Notes: generated by a model from the letters alone, not told the origin. DNA of 64,000 bases from a virus (IMGVR_UViG_3300032038_000011:72936-136935); one strand, 5' to 3'; shown: positions 47,135-57,284, counted from the first letter of the stretch. Made by a program: numbers and translations.

Positions 47135-47605
47135 TTACCTCATATTCATTAGCTTTTCGCGTTCTCTTGGCTTAAACTTTCTTTTTTTAATAGAAAAGGT
47201 TAAAAACCATTCAGTAGGATCTCCTTCCGGAGTTAACTCATATTGTACTTTTAATTTATTAAAAGATCTTTCTTCACATTTATAAAAATGGTCTTTCCCT
47301 GTTTTTTGACTTCTCCAAATTTCATAAGTTGTAAGTCCGTAATGATGGCAACCTTGTCGTAAAATTTCTAACATTTCTGGGCTTAATATTGCTACTCGTA
47401 AAATAATTTTCCTATCATTACCAGGATTTTTAAATTCTTCATAATATCCTGATAAAGTATCTATAAAGAAAGAATTTAATACATGATTTTCATTATCATA
47501 TAAATTTAACTGAATATTAGGAACTTCTTTTTCTCCAAAACCATATTTTGTTTTCTCTAAGTATATTTCACGAACATCTTCTTCGCTCATTTCTTTATAA
47601 CTCAT
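47135..47605 (-). CDS. Minimal tail-tube-like protein
   Basis: Motifs GEKEVPNI, FIDTL, RSQKTGKD and EGDP collinear with the major tail protein. Confidence 0.65.
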   Translation of the reverse strand: MSYKEMSEEDVREIYLEKTKYGFGEKEVPNIQLNLYDNENHVLNSFFIDTLSGYYEEFKNPGNDRKIILRVAILSPEMLEILRQGCHHYGLTTYEIWRSQKTGKDHFYKCEERSFNKLKVQYELTPEGDPTEWFLTFSIKKRKFKPREREKLMNMR

Positions 47606-48621
47606 TAACCTTCTCCACCCTTAGTTTTATTAAAACCAAATTCATTTGATTTGAAAAAATCTATATAATATTTTTCTAATTCATTTAACTGCTCTTTATC
47701 ACAATACATAATAACTTCAATAGTCCAATTCCAAAATCCTGTTTTCCAAATTTCATGATGAACAGCTTGGTCAGCAATTGTTTTAATTCCAATAGAACTT
47801 TTAAAATGGTCTGTAATTCGTTTCTTTATATTAGTACTTTTACCAATATAACATTTTCCACTATCTATATTAGTGATTTTATAAATGCCAGGTTTATCTT
47901 CTATACAAGCGCGTTTAAAAGTTTCATCAATATACGGTTTAACATATTCTGCCCAAACAAGTTTATTAATAATATCTGGGTGTTGAACTTTTTGAGAAAC
48001 AGTTGTGATTAGAAAATTTATATCATCTTTATATTCATCAGGAACTTGTATTGTATAATATAAACGCTCCTGTAAATTTTTTTCATATTGCCTTAAAGGT
48101 TCTAGTAAAGCTTCATATCTCTGTTGTTGATACAAAGTGTCTGCGAGAATATTATTTTGGCTTTTTCTCGCGGCTTCAATAACATCTGCAACTTCTTGTT
48201 TAAATTTATGTTCTTTTTCTAATTCTTCTCGTTCAAGTTTAATATACTGATTTTTTAAATTTTCTTCTTTTTCACGCCACAATCGTTCAAAATCTGTATC
48301 CATTTCGGACTGCCGTGTATTCTTTTGATGCTCAAAATATATATTTAAATCCTCTGTTTTTTTATTTAATTCTTCTCGGTATTTATTTTGAACGGTAAGG
48401 ATTTTATCTTGATAATCTTCAATTAAATCTTTCTGAGAACAAATATCTTTTTGTAAATCTTTTTTTCGATTTGATAATTGTTCAAATTGTCGTTTCGCAT
48501 CTTCGACTAAAAGATTTAAGTTATTTAATTCTTTATAATCGGTTTGAACTTTTTCACTAAGTTTAATGCTTAAAATAATAATAATTATAATTAATATTCC
48601 TATAATACCATATAATACCAT
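47605..48621 (-). CDS. Membrane-anchored coiled-coil protein with C-terminal GIY-YIG nuclease domain
   Basis: N-terminal poly-Ile TM helix, long coiled coil, GIYKITN...YIGKS...R...E...N motifs. Confidence 0.8.
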   Translation of the reverse strand: MVLYGIIGILIIIIIILSIKLSEKVQTDYKELNNLNLLVEDAKRQFEQLSNRKKDLQKDICSQKDLIEDYQDKILTVQNKYREELNKKTEDLNIYFEHQKNTRQSEMDTDFERLWREKEENLKNQYIKLEREELEKEHKFKQEVADVIEAARKSQNNILADTLYQQQRYEALLEPLRQYEKNLQERLYYTIQVPDEYKDDINFLITTVSQKVQHPDIINKLVWAEYVKPYIDETFKRACIEDKPGIYKITNIDSGKCYIGKSTNIKKRITDHFKSSIGIKTIADQAVHHEIWKTGFWNWTIEVIMYCDKEQLNELEKYYIDFFKSNEFGFNKTKGGEG

Positions 48622-48653
48622 CTACATCACAACCACTCCTTTACTTTATAATA

Positions 48654-48682
48654 ATTATAACACGGTTTTTTAAAAAAGTCAA
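48654..48682 (-). promoter_or_regulatory. Sigma-A promoter
   Basis: TTGACT-17 bp-TATAAT with TGn extension. Confidence 0.8.
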
Positions 48683-48691
48683 ATATTAAAA

Positions 48692-48718
48692 GAAAAAGAG
48701 CAGGCATTAAGCCTGCTC
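48692..48718 (-). terminator. Intrinsic terminator
   Basis: GAGCAGGC / GCCTGCTC with U tail on the minus strand. Confidence 0.7.
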
Positions 48719-48859
48719 GTTTTTAAATTTATCAGAATCACAATAAATAGTTCTATAATCTATGCAATCTTCAGCATAATCAATATTATCTTCATCATAC
48801 ATAAAATCCCAAGGGCACTCTTTTCGCTCAACTTTCCAACGGCATTCATTACAAGTCAT
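48707..48859 (-). CDS. Small Cys-rich protein, 50 aa
   Basis: MTCNECRW...CP...C starts immediately after the RNR stop. Confidence 0.5.
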   Translation of the reverse strand: MTCNECRWKVERKECPWDFMYDEDNIDYAEDCIDYRTIYCDSDKFKNEQA

Positions 48860-48860
48860 A

Positions 48861-51098
48861 TTAACCGCACTTACTCCATCCACAACTACTACAAATAACA
48901 CAACCGCCTTCTCTACGAATGGGTTCGCCGCATTCAGGACATTTTTCATTCGTCTCAATTTCAATAGCTTTCTTACTTTTTACAATATTTTTTTGAGGTT
49001 TTTCTTCTTCTCCGTAATAAAAAGCCTGTAAAGTTTTAGCCATAATATCTGGACAAGATAAACCATCTACAGCTTTACTAGTTTTCGCACAAGCTGGACA
49101 ATAAATACCTTTTAATTGGTCAATAATTTCAGTTACTTTTACTCCGGAACGCAGACCGACAGAAATTAATCTATTTACTGCCGCAGTATTAGCTTTACAA
49201 ATGCCGCCTTTGCTACTTTCAATAAAAGTTTCGACTAAATTACCTTCATCATCACAATTAACTGTAATATATAAAGTTCCGCAAGCACAATGACGACAAT
49301 ATGTATTACCGTGCGTAGTACCTAAAGTTTTGCGAGAAACTGGAGTAATGGAATCAAAAATTACCGGGAAATCTTCTGGATGGATTTCTTTTACTGAATT
49401 TTTCTTTTCCGTAGTTAGTATTCCTGCACGACGACAATTATTTCTAAAAACAGTAATGCCTTTTAAACCTTTTTCCCAAGCTTCCATATAAATATTCATA
49501 ACATCTTCTACAGTTGCTGTTTCAGGAAGATTTACTGTTGAAGAAATTGAAGCGTCAATATACTTTTGCCAAGTAGCTTGCATATCTATTCTTTGATGGT
49601 AATCTAATTCTCCTGCGGTAATAAAATAATCTGGAAGTTGGCTATCATCAGAAAGATGATTTTTCTCCATATATTTTTTTACAATAGGCGTATAAACTTT
49701 ATATTCAACATCTTTTCCATAAAGACTTTCAGTTTTACGAGTATAATAATTCGCAAAAATTGGTTCAATACCGCCACTAATACCTAACATAGTACTTAAA
49801 GTTCCAGTTGGTGCAATTGTTAATAATTGACTATTAGCAAGGCCATTTCTTGCAATAATTGCACGAACTTTATCATTTAAATTATCAAAAAAGAAATCTG
49901 ATTGATTTAATTTATGAAAATCATATTTAGGAAAAGTTCCTTTTTGAGCAGCTAAATTACAAGAAGCATATGCAGCAAAATTTAATATATCATGAGCGAT
50001 AGTATCACATAATTCAAGAGATTCTTTACTACCATAACGTATACCCATTTTAATTAACATATCTGCAATTCCCATTACTCCAAGGCCAATTTGTCGCCAA
50101 TTTTTTACACTTTCTTGCTGTTCTGCTAATGGATGTAAAGGAAGTCCTTCATCTAAAACATCATTTAAAGCTTCTACTGCGATATATACTGTTTCTGCTA
50201 AATCATCAAAATCAAAATAAATTGAACCCGCGGGACTTGTTTTTACAAATTCAGATAAATTAATTGAGCCAAGTAAACAACTTCCTCCTGCTGGAAGTGG
50301 TTCTTCCGCACACGGATTTGTTCCAGCATATTCAAAATCTTCAAAGCCAGAAAGTAAATTATGTTTACTTATTCTATCCCAGAATAACATTCCAGGCTCA
50401 CCCATATCCCAATTATTATAAGCCATTTTTTTAAATAATTCATAAGCATCAATAGTTTTATTAATTACTTCTTCAGTTTCTTCTCTTGTAAAAGATAAAG
50501 TATATGGTTTATGATTTTTTGCTGCTTTCATAAAATCATCGAAAACTTTAATAGAAGTATTGGCTTTTGTAACTCTATTTAAATCACTTTTAATATCTAT
50601 AAAATCTTCAATATCTGGATGATTACAATTCATAGATAACATTAAAGCACCGCGTCTGCCATTTTGACTAATAAGCCCTGTAACCATAGAATATAAATCC
50701 ATAAATGATACTGCTCCGGAGCTTTCTTTCGCCGCATTTCGAACTCTTGCCCCTTTAGGAGCGAGTTTTGATAAATCTACTCCAACTCCGCCACCATATG
50801 AATAAGTTCTTGCGAGACTTTTTGCACAATCAAAAATAGATTCAAGATTATCTTCTGGAGGAGAAACTACATAACAATTAGAATATGTAATTTTTGTTGA
50901 ATCTGCAAGGCCGCGATTTGCTAAAATTCGTCCGCCAAATAAAAATTTCTTATTACGAATTATTTCTTTAATATTTTCTTTATTGCCACTTATTCTATTT
51001 AACCAAGTTTCAAAATCTTCACCATTATGCTGATATTTTCTTTCCCAAATAGAAATACCAATTTCATTATCTTTACCAAGCCATTCTTGAATAGTCAT
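48861..51098 (-). CDS. nrdJ: Class II (adenosylcobalamin-dependent) ribonucleotide reductase
   Basis: NCYV, TNPCAE, SCLLGSINL and TIAPTGT motifs; C-terminal TSCPD domain and zinc ribbon; no beta subunit nearby. Confidence 0.88.
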   Translation of the reverse strand: MTIQEWLGKDNEIGISIWERKYQHNGEDFETWLNRISGNKENIKEIIRNKKFLFGGRILANRGLADSTKITYSNCYVVSPPEDNLESIFDCAKSLARTYSYGGGVGVDLSKLAPKGARVRNAAKESSGAVSFMDLYSMVTGLISQNGRRGALMLSMNCNHPDIEDFIDIKSDLNRVTKANTSIKVFDDFMKAAKNHKPYTLSFTREETEEVINKTIDAYELFKKMAYNNWDMGEPGMLFWDRISKHNLLSGFEDFEYAGTNPCAEEPLPAGGSCLLGSINLSEFVKTSPAGSIYFDFDDLAETVYIAVEALNDVLDEGLPLHPLAEQQESVKNWRQIGLGVMGIADMLIKMGIRYGSKESLELCDTIAHDILNFAAYASCNLAAQKGTFPKYDFHKLNQSDFFFDNLNDKVRAIIARNGLANSQLLTIAPTGTLSTMLGISGGIEPIFANYYTRKTESLYGKDVEYKVYTPIVKKYMEKNHLSDDSQLPDYFITAGELDYHQRIDMQATWQKYIDASISSTVNLPETATVEDVMNIYMEAWEKGLKGITVFRNNCRRAGILTTEKKNSVKEIHPEDFPVIFDSITPVSRKTLGTTHGNTYCRHCACGTLYITVNCDDEGNLVETFIESSKGGICKANTAAVNRLISVGLRSGVKVTEIIDQLKGIYCPACAKTSKAVDGLSCPDIMAKTLQAFYYGEEEKPQKNIVKSKKAIEIETNEKCPECGEPIRREGGCVICSSCGWSKCG

Positions 51099-51313
51099 AC
51101 AATTCCTCCTGTAGCAAAATGCATTCCACAATACGGACAAGTATCATTTGTTATAGCCCAATTATAATTATTATCAAAATGAGGGCATTTTGATTGATTA
51201 GCAATAATTTGTTTTTTAATTTCAAAAACTTTATCAGAACGTTCCATTGTAGCTAATGCAATACGCAATTCACGCTCTAATTTTTCGTGGGTAGCAATAA
51301 TATCATCTATCAT
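51095..51313 (-). CDS. Small coiled-coil / zinc-ribbon protein
   Basis: CPH...CPYCG motifs; coupled to neighbours. Confidence 0.6.
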   Translation of the reverse strand: MIDDIIATHEKLERELRIALATMERSDKVFEIKKQIIANQSKCPHFDNNYNWAITNDTCPYCGMHFATGGIV

Positions 51314-52392
51314 ATACGCCATCTCCCTTGTTTAAAAATTTTATTGAAAGATTGTTCAAATAAATCTTTCGCAGAAGGATGAAATTTTAAAAGTAAATCT
51401 TTTTCTTCTTTCCATAAATTATTTTTTTTACGTTTATCTATTTTATAATTTAATGAATAATCACGTCTATTAGTATGACTTATATCAAAAACACTTTCTG
51501 CAAGTTGTGATAAATTAATTAATGGATTTTTAAAACCTAAATTTGACTCTTCAAACTTTATTTTAATCATTATACCACAACTCCAAAAAGAATACAAGAG
51601 ATTAAGTTTATAAATAAAATCTCTAAAATACAACATTTGAGTTGGGAAAGAGCCTCCCAATATAATATAAACATTAGATGTTTGAGTAATATCTGCTAAA
51701 AATTGATTTTTATATTTTTTTAACATATAATAAATTTCATCTAATGGTATATTTAAATCTAAAATTATTTCATTAGAACGAGAAAATTTTTGAAAAGACC
51801 TTAAAGTAAAATATTCTGTTAAAGTATGACAAATTATAGGGTGTAGTCGAACAATATTCGCGGGAGAACGATCTGAAATTTTATTTAAAGTATCTTGCCA
51901 ATCATCATAAAAGAATTTTCTATCATACAAGTAAACTCTTTTTCTTGGAAGTATAGCTGGTAAAGGAAGTTTATTTTCTCCAGCATAATTACGATAATAA
52001 GTATCATCAAGAACGTGAGAAATAACTCTCGCTTTGACACCATCATTATATTTTTGTTTTAAAAATTCTTTATAAATAAAAGGTTTTGGAATTGTATAAT
52101 CAATAATTTCATCTTCAAAAGGAATATAAATTCCATTTGTAAAAGCTGTCCCACCATAAATAATATTGTTCGCGCGCAAATAATGCTCTGGGATTTGAGG
52201 ATTTTTATTTAATTCGCTAAAAAAGTAAATTTTGTCACAGCTACTTAACTCTTGATCTTCAAGAGTTAGTAGCCGACAAAATTGGTTTTTTTCAGTTTTA
52301 TAATAAGTTGCGAGTTTCATAATTTCGATATTGGGAATAAGAACAGAAGTCTTATTAGATACGCATAAATCATAATCTAATAATCCTATCAT
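51310..52392 (-). CDS. Hypothetical protein resembling phage radical-SAM-like proteins but lacking CxxxCxxC
   Basis: IGLLDYD...PNIEIMKLATYYK...YGGT N-terminus; no tri-Cys motif. Confidence 0.45.
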   Translation of the reverse strand: MIGLLDYDLCVSNKTSVLIPNIEIMKLATYYKTEKNQFCRLLTLEDQELSSCDKIYFFSELNKNPQIPEHYLRANNIIYGGTAFTNGIYIPFEDEIIDYTIPKPFIYKEFLKQKYNDGVKARVISHVLDDTYYRNYAGENKLPLPAILPRKRVYLYDRKFFYDDWQDTLNKISDRSPANIVRLHPIICHTLTEYFTLRSFQKFSRSNEIILDLNIPLDEIYYMLKKYKNQFLADITQTSNVYIILGGSFPTQMLYFRDFIYKLNLLYSFWSCGIMIKIKFEESNLGFKNPLINLSQLAESVFDISHTNRRDYSLNYKIDKRKKNNLWKEEKDLLLKFHPSAKDLFEQSFNKIFKQGRWRI

Positions 52393-53231
52393 TAAGCATC
52401 GACCTCCGCTCTTTCATCATATTCAAATAAACAATTTTTATAAGGTTTTCCATTTTTTAAATGATACGTTAAATTAGCCAAATGACTTTGTGGAGTAGCG
52501 TTATTATTGACATTTTCATATAGCCACAAAGCAGCATCTAACTTTTTACGAAAATGTTTAATTTCGCCAGTTTCAAGATTTGTAATTTTAATTCGTCTGC
52601 TAGAACTTAAAACTGGACGAATGTCAGTTACTTTTATTTGATGTTTTTTAAGAAAACCTTTAATTGTTGGAATACTAACTGAAAAAGTTTCTGCTATTTC
52701 TCTCAGATTATATTCTTCTTCAATCATTTGTTTGATTACTTCGATTTGTAATTCTTCGTGGCCTCGTAGTGGATAATCTTTTCCTTCTAATCGCCACGCT
52801 TTTCCTTGGTTGATACGATTTATTTGGGTCTTAGATAAATTATAATTTTGAGCAATTTGGATTAATTTATCTGTACTATTTTCTATATCAAACATTATAT
52901 CTAAGACACGTTGTGGAACAGATTTATTAGTCCAATGCGTTTCAGCCTGATTAATATTATATCCATTTGGAACATAAGAATTATAATAAGCAATCCAATA
53001 ATCTTCTTTATCAGTAAGTTCTTCAATTTCACATTCTTCTAAAATAGAAAATTGAAAATTTTCTAGCCCATATTTTCGCATAGCTTGATATAAAGGTAAA
53101 TTTTTTACTTTACTATCACATCTATGCCCACTCCAACGGGCATAGATGTTTTTACTTTGTCCGATATATTTTTTATGATTTATCAAATTTTCTATAAGAT
53201 AAATACCAGTTTTAATTGTAGTCCGTGCCAT
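52392..53231 (-). CDS. Free-standing GIY-YIG homing endonuclease
   Basis: GIYLIEN...YIGQS...R...E...GYN domain followed by HTH and NUMOD-like segments. Confidence 0.85.
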   Translation of the reverse strand: MARTTIKTGIYLIENLINHKKYIGQSKNIYARWSGHRCDSKVKNLPLYQAMRKYGLENFQFSILEECEIEELTDKEDYWIAYYNSYVPNGYNINQAETHWTNKSVPQRVLDIMFDIENSTDKLIQIAQNYNLSKTQINRINQGKAWRLEGKDYPLRGHEELQIEVIKQMIEEEYNLREIAETFSVSIPTIKGFLKKHQIKVTDIRPVLSSSRRIKITNLETGEIKHFRKKLDAALWLYENVNNNATPQSHLANLTYHLKNGKPYKNCLFEYDERAEVDA

Positions 53232-53233
53232 AT

Positions 53234-56200
53234 TTATTCCTCCACAGCAGGTCTTTCATATTGAAAAGTTAATTCCCCATCCTCTCCTACTGTAAGTATC
53301 TTTGCTATGACTGGATACACACTGTTTTTTCTCTTTTTTGGTATAAAATCGGTTCCTCTTCTTATGCCCTGCACCATTAACATAGTTCCTTTTGTAAACC
53401 AACTTTTCTCAATTACGTGTTTCTTACCATCTTCTCCTTTCTCAGAGATTTGTTTATCATAAATTGCGTATTGATTTTTATAAATTTTAACTTGAACCAC
53501 ACCTGTTGGAGTAAGAAGTGAAATACTATTTTTTAACTTATTTTTATCAATTACTGTTCCAATAAGTTTATGAAGTTTAAACACTTTTACTTCCTGACCA
53601 TTTGAACCTGAGAAACTATACTCAACTTCTGGTTCTTCGCTTAATTCAAAGAAATCATCATAATTTGAAGCTGCGGCCGCAAGTTCGTGCTCGTGATAGT
53701 AAAATGAAATACTATCCATTTCCCATTTACTAATATTACCTTTGCCATACTTTTCAGCTACGTCATTAAATAAAGAGTTATTTAACTTTTCTAACATTAC
53801 TTCTTTATTGTCTTTAAGGTATTGACGCATTGGTTCCATAGCTTTTTTATAAATATTATCCCAAGTTTTTTGAGAAATATAAGAACCATCTTCTACTAAA
53901 TCTATATCAAAATGCTCATTAATAAAATTAATTGCTTGTTCATTTAAATAATAATTAATTCCATCTTTACAAGTCTTTAGATACTTATTAAATAAGAAAA
54001 GTTTCGCGTAAAAAATCATTTCTTCAGGAATTAAATCTTTATTAATTAACATTTGCATATTTTGTAAAGTTAATCTTTGCTTTTGATCTGCGATACTTAA
54101 AAGATAATTGTGCATTATTTCTTCCCTAGATTTTCCTTCAATCGCATCAAAAGCTCCAGATTTAATTAGATTAATTGTTTGTAATTTATTAGTTCTATTT
54201 TTAATCATAAAATCATTAAATGATTCATATGGTCTATTTTTCATAATTAATCTAATTACATCATTTGAAACTCTTGTAATACCACGAAGTCCATAAGTAA
54301 TACTATTTTGTTCGACATTTGGTGCAAAAGTAAAACTTGAATTATTAATGTCAGGAGGAAGAATATTAATTCCATAAGATTTGAATCGACCAATTGCTCG
54401 CGCAGTTTTACCATAATCAACAGTTTTCTTTACTCGCTTAACTTTTTCTTTTGAATCAGTTTTTACTTCTTCATCTTCTTCATCATCATCTTCTTCAACT
54501 TCTGCCATTACTTCTTCAATGTTTTCTGCAACTTCATCTTGGTCTATATCTTCGGGATTTTCACCATCATCTACGCCCGCACTATCAACAATTAGATTTG
54601 CTGTATTCCAGAATATAATTGGATAATTACAAGCGAGATTCATATTTTGAAGTCCAACAATACTGTAAGCTAATGTATGACTTAGGTTAAATGAATAACC
54701 TCGCTGGGTATTAACAAGAACATTCCAAAAATAATTACAAAGTTTATTATCAAGATCTTTTTCTTTAACAGTATCAAAATATTTTTGAGACAATTGTTCA
54801 TAAAGTTTCGGGTCTTTCTTTGCAATTGATTTGCGAAGCATATCACTGTCTTTTAGACTCCAACCACCAAGTTGAGGATCTTGAATCATAGACATAATAT
54901 CTTCTTGCGAAGCACAAATACCATACTCATAATCAAGATATTTATGAAGAAGTTGTTTTTGCTCGCTTGTTAATCCATACTGATTCATTTCTTGTTCCCA
55001 TAACATTGGATTTTTCTTAAAGCGAGCATATTTTTCAAGAGGTTGTTCCGCGCCTTTTTCACTTGCCATTAATCGCATAATTGAATTTAATGCTGCCATT
55101 TCTTCAACAGAAGTTGGTTTCGCAAGTGAAATGCCTTGAATACCCTGCGGAGTATCAAACTGGAATACACTTAGAATTTCATTATTCGCAAGCATTTCCC
55201 ACATTTTAGGATTATTTCTATCTAAATTATAAACTCCAATCGCGGCTTCATATGTTTCTCTTAAAGTATTTTTCTTTTCAATATATCCATACTGAACGAG
55301 TAAATCCAAACAAGTTCTCATACGAGTTAAGTTTAAAGTTGCAAGTAAGTCAATCTTAACATTACTTACTTCTTCAGATTCATGAAGATCCCAAGCAGTG
55401 ACCCATTCTCCACTATTTAGCTTAATAAGAGAATTAGTTTCTGTAATATCTTCATCTACAATAATAACTCCGCCAGCGTGACAACCGCATCCACACTGTA
55501 ATCCTTCAATTTTTTGAGCCACTGCCCAAAGTTCTGGGTATTTTGCCATTTCTTCTTGAAAAGTTCTATTTGGAGGAATATCATTTTCTGGATCGCCATA
55601 ATAAGTTACTTTTAAAGAACGTTGAATACCACGATCACTTTCAATTAGTGCTGCAATTGCCTGAGCCGTATCAACATCAATTTCAAGTCCGCGCGCGGCA
55701 GTAAGAATTGCAGCTTTTGCTGCTTCAGTTCTTTCAGTTCCAACTCTTACTACATTTAATTCACCATAATGATTTTGAAGTGCTTCAATAACTTTATTGC
55801 GACGATTACTTTGAACGTCGCTATCAATATCAAGAATACTTGCGCGTTCGGGGTTTAAAAACCTCCAATAATAAAGAGGAACCTTTTCTACAATTGGATC
55901 AATTTGAATAATATCTAATAAATAATTTAGATAGAAACCAACACCCGAACCACGACCAGGGCCAACTAATGTATCTCCTTCATCCCACGCAATCTTTAAA
56001 TAATCAGCAACTTGTAAGAAATACTTTGACCAAACAATATCTTGCTTTTTTGAAGCATTCCACACAGTTTCTAACTCAATCGTCATTCGTGCGATACGTT
56101 CATCAGTCCAATAATAGTTTTCATTACTATTACACTTATTAATAATTCTGCGAATAAAAACTCTATCAGCATCTTCTTCAGAATTAATAAAATTATACCA

Positions 56201-57226
56201 AATATCTGGTAAAAGTCTATCTACAATAATTGGCTGTTCGGCCGCACGAATATCTTGCCTACTTGGTAGATAAGGAAGTTTAAATGGCTTTCTTAAATCA
56301 TACTGTTCAATCTGCTCACCAATTAACTTTGTATTTTCCATTAACTGATTAACAACATCAGCACCATTATATTTATCCATATAACCGTGAAGTTCTTCCG
56401 CACTCATCATATAAGTAGTGGCATAAAACTCATCAACTTCGCGGTCGCCATCTTTTGAATTTAAATACGCTTTATGAAAACGTCTATCTTCTTTTGTTAA
56501 ATAGTGACTATCAGTAGTTACAATCGCGGGAATACCTAATTCCTTAGAAAACTTTAATAACCATTTATTAACATAAATCTGTTCATTATTATCGGAAGGT
56601 TGAAGTTCAAGAAAGAAATTTTCTTCACTAAAAATACTTTGTAAATATTTACACCAACTTCTTAGTTTAAATAATTCTTCGCCAAAAAGTTCTTTATCTT
56701 TTTCAAACTTACTTGCCTTTAAAATTGTTTTTCCAAAATATCCACCAATACAAGCTGTACTTGCAATTACATGGCCTGGATTCTTTCCAATAATATCCTC
56801 TAAATCACTGTAATAAGTTGGGACACGACGCATACGATTTTTCATAAAACTTTGACCGTATGCTCGAGTAGATAATTGACGAATTTGTTTATGGCCAATT
56901 TCATCTTTAGCAAGAAGAATGAAGTGATAAAAACTATCTTTCTTACTATCATAATTATCGTTATTTAAACCATTTCGGCAAAGATAAATCTCATTACCAA
57001 GAATAAGTTTAAATTCATCCCAACGAGGATCATGATTTTCTTTTTTCCTTTGCTTATCAACATATTTTAATGCTTTGATATGACTATTAACTGTTTCATG
57101 TTCAGTTAATGCTACTCCATATAAACCTAAATCAAAAGCATATTGAATTAAATCTTCTATAACATTTATAGAATCGACAAGGCGTTGATTACTCGCACAA
57201 GTATGATTGTGTAAACTATAATACAC
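53234..57226 (-). CDS. dnaE: DNA polymerase III alpha subunit (C family)
   Basis: PHP HNHT...TEHE...DSHY; GPGRGS; FLNPER; DIDSD; HAGG; KIDLL; YSFNLSH. Confidence 0.93.
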   Translation of the reverse strand: MYYSLHNHTCASNQRLVDSINVIEDLIQYAFDLGLYGVALTEHETVNSHIKALKYVDKQRKKENHDPRWDEFKLILGNEIYLCRNGLNNDNYDSKKDSFYHFILLAKDEIGHKQIRQLSTRAYGQSFMKNRMRRVPTYYSDLEDIIGKNPGHVIASTACIGGYFGKTILKASKFEKDKELFGEELFKLRSWCKYLQSIFSEENFFLELQPSDNNEQIYVNKWLLKFSKELGIPAIVTTDSHYLTKEDRRFHKAYLNSKDGDREVDEFYATTYMMSAEELHGYMDKYNGADVVNQLMENTKLIGEQIEQYDLRKPFKLPYLPSRQDIRAAEQPIIVDRLLPDIWYNFINSEEDADRVFIRRIINKCNSNENYYWTDERIARMTIELETVWNASKKQDIVWSKYFLQVADYLKIAWDEGDTLVGPGRGSGVGFYLNYLLDIIQIDPIVEKVPLYYWRFLNPERASILDIDSDVQSNRRNKVIEALQNHYGELNVVRVGTERTEAAKAAILTAARGLEIDVDTAQAIAALIESDRGIQRSLKVTYYGDPENDIPPNRTFQEEMAKYPELWAVAQKIEGLQCGCGCHAGGVIIVDEDITETNSLIKLNSGEWVTAWDLHESEEVSNVKIDLLATLNLTRMRTCLDLLVQYGYIEKKNTLRETYEAAIGVYNLDRNNPKMWEMLANNEILSVFQFDTPQGIQGISLAKPTSVEEMAALNSIMRLMASEKGAEQPLEKYARFKKNPMLWEQEMNQYGLTSEQKQLLHKYLDYEYGICASQEDIMSMIQDPQLGGWSLKDSDMLRKSIAKKDPKLYEQLSQKYFDTVKEKDLDNKLCNYFWNVLVNTQRGYSFNLSHTLAYSIVGLQNMNLACNYPIIFWNTANLIVDSAGVDDGENPEDIDQDEVAENIEEVMAEVEEDDDEEDEEVKTDSKEKVKRVKKTVDYGKTARAIGRFKSYGINILPPDINNSSFTFAPNVEQNSITYGLRGITRVSNDVIRLIMKNRPYESFNDFMIKNRTNKLQTINLIKSGAFDAIEGKSREEIMHNYLLSIADQKQRLTLQNMQMLINKDLIPEEMIFYAKLFLFNKYLKTCKDGINYYLNEQAINFINEHFDIDLVEDGSYISQKTWDNIYKKAMEPMRQYLKDNKEVMLEKLNNSLFNDVAEKYGKGNISKWEMDSISFYYHEHELAAAASNYDDFFELSEEPEVEYSFSGSNGQEVKVFKLHKLIGTVIDKNKLKNSISLLTPTGVVQVKIYKNQYAIYDKQISEKGEDGKKHVIEKSWFTKGTMLMVQGIRRGTDFIPKKRKNSVYPVIAKILTVGEDGELTFQYERPAVEE

Positions 57227-57255
57227 TAAATCACTTCCTTCTTTATTCTATATTT

Positions 57256-57284
57256 ATTATATCATAATTTTTTATAAAAGTCAA
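57256..57284 (-). promoter_or_regulatory. Sigma-A promoter for dnaE
   Basis: TTGACT-17 bp-TATAAT with TGn extension. Confidence 0.75.
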
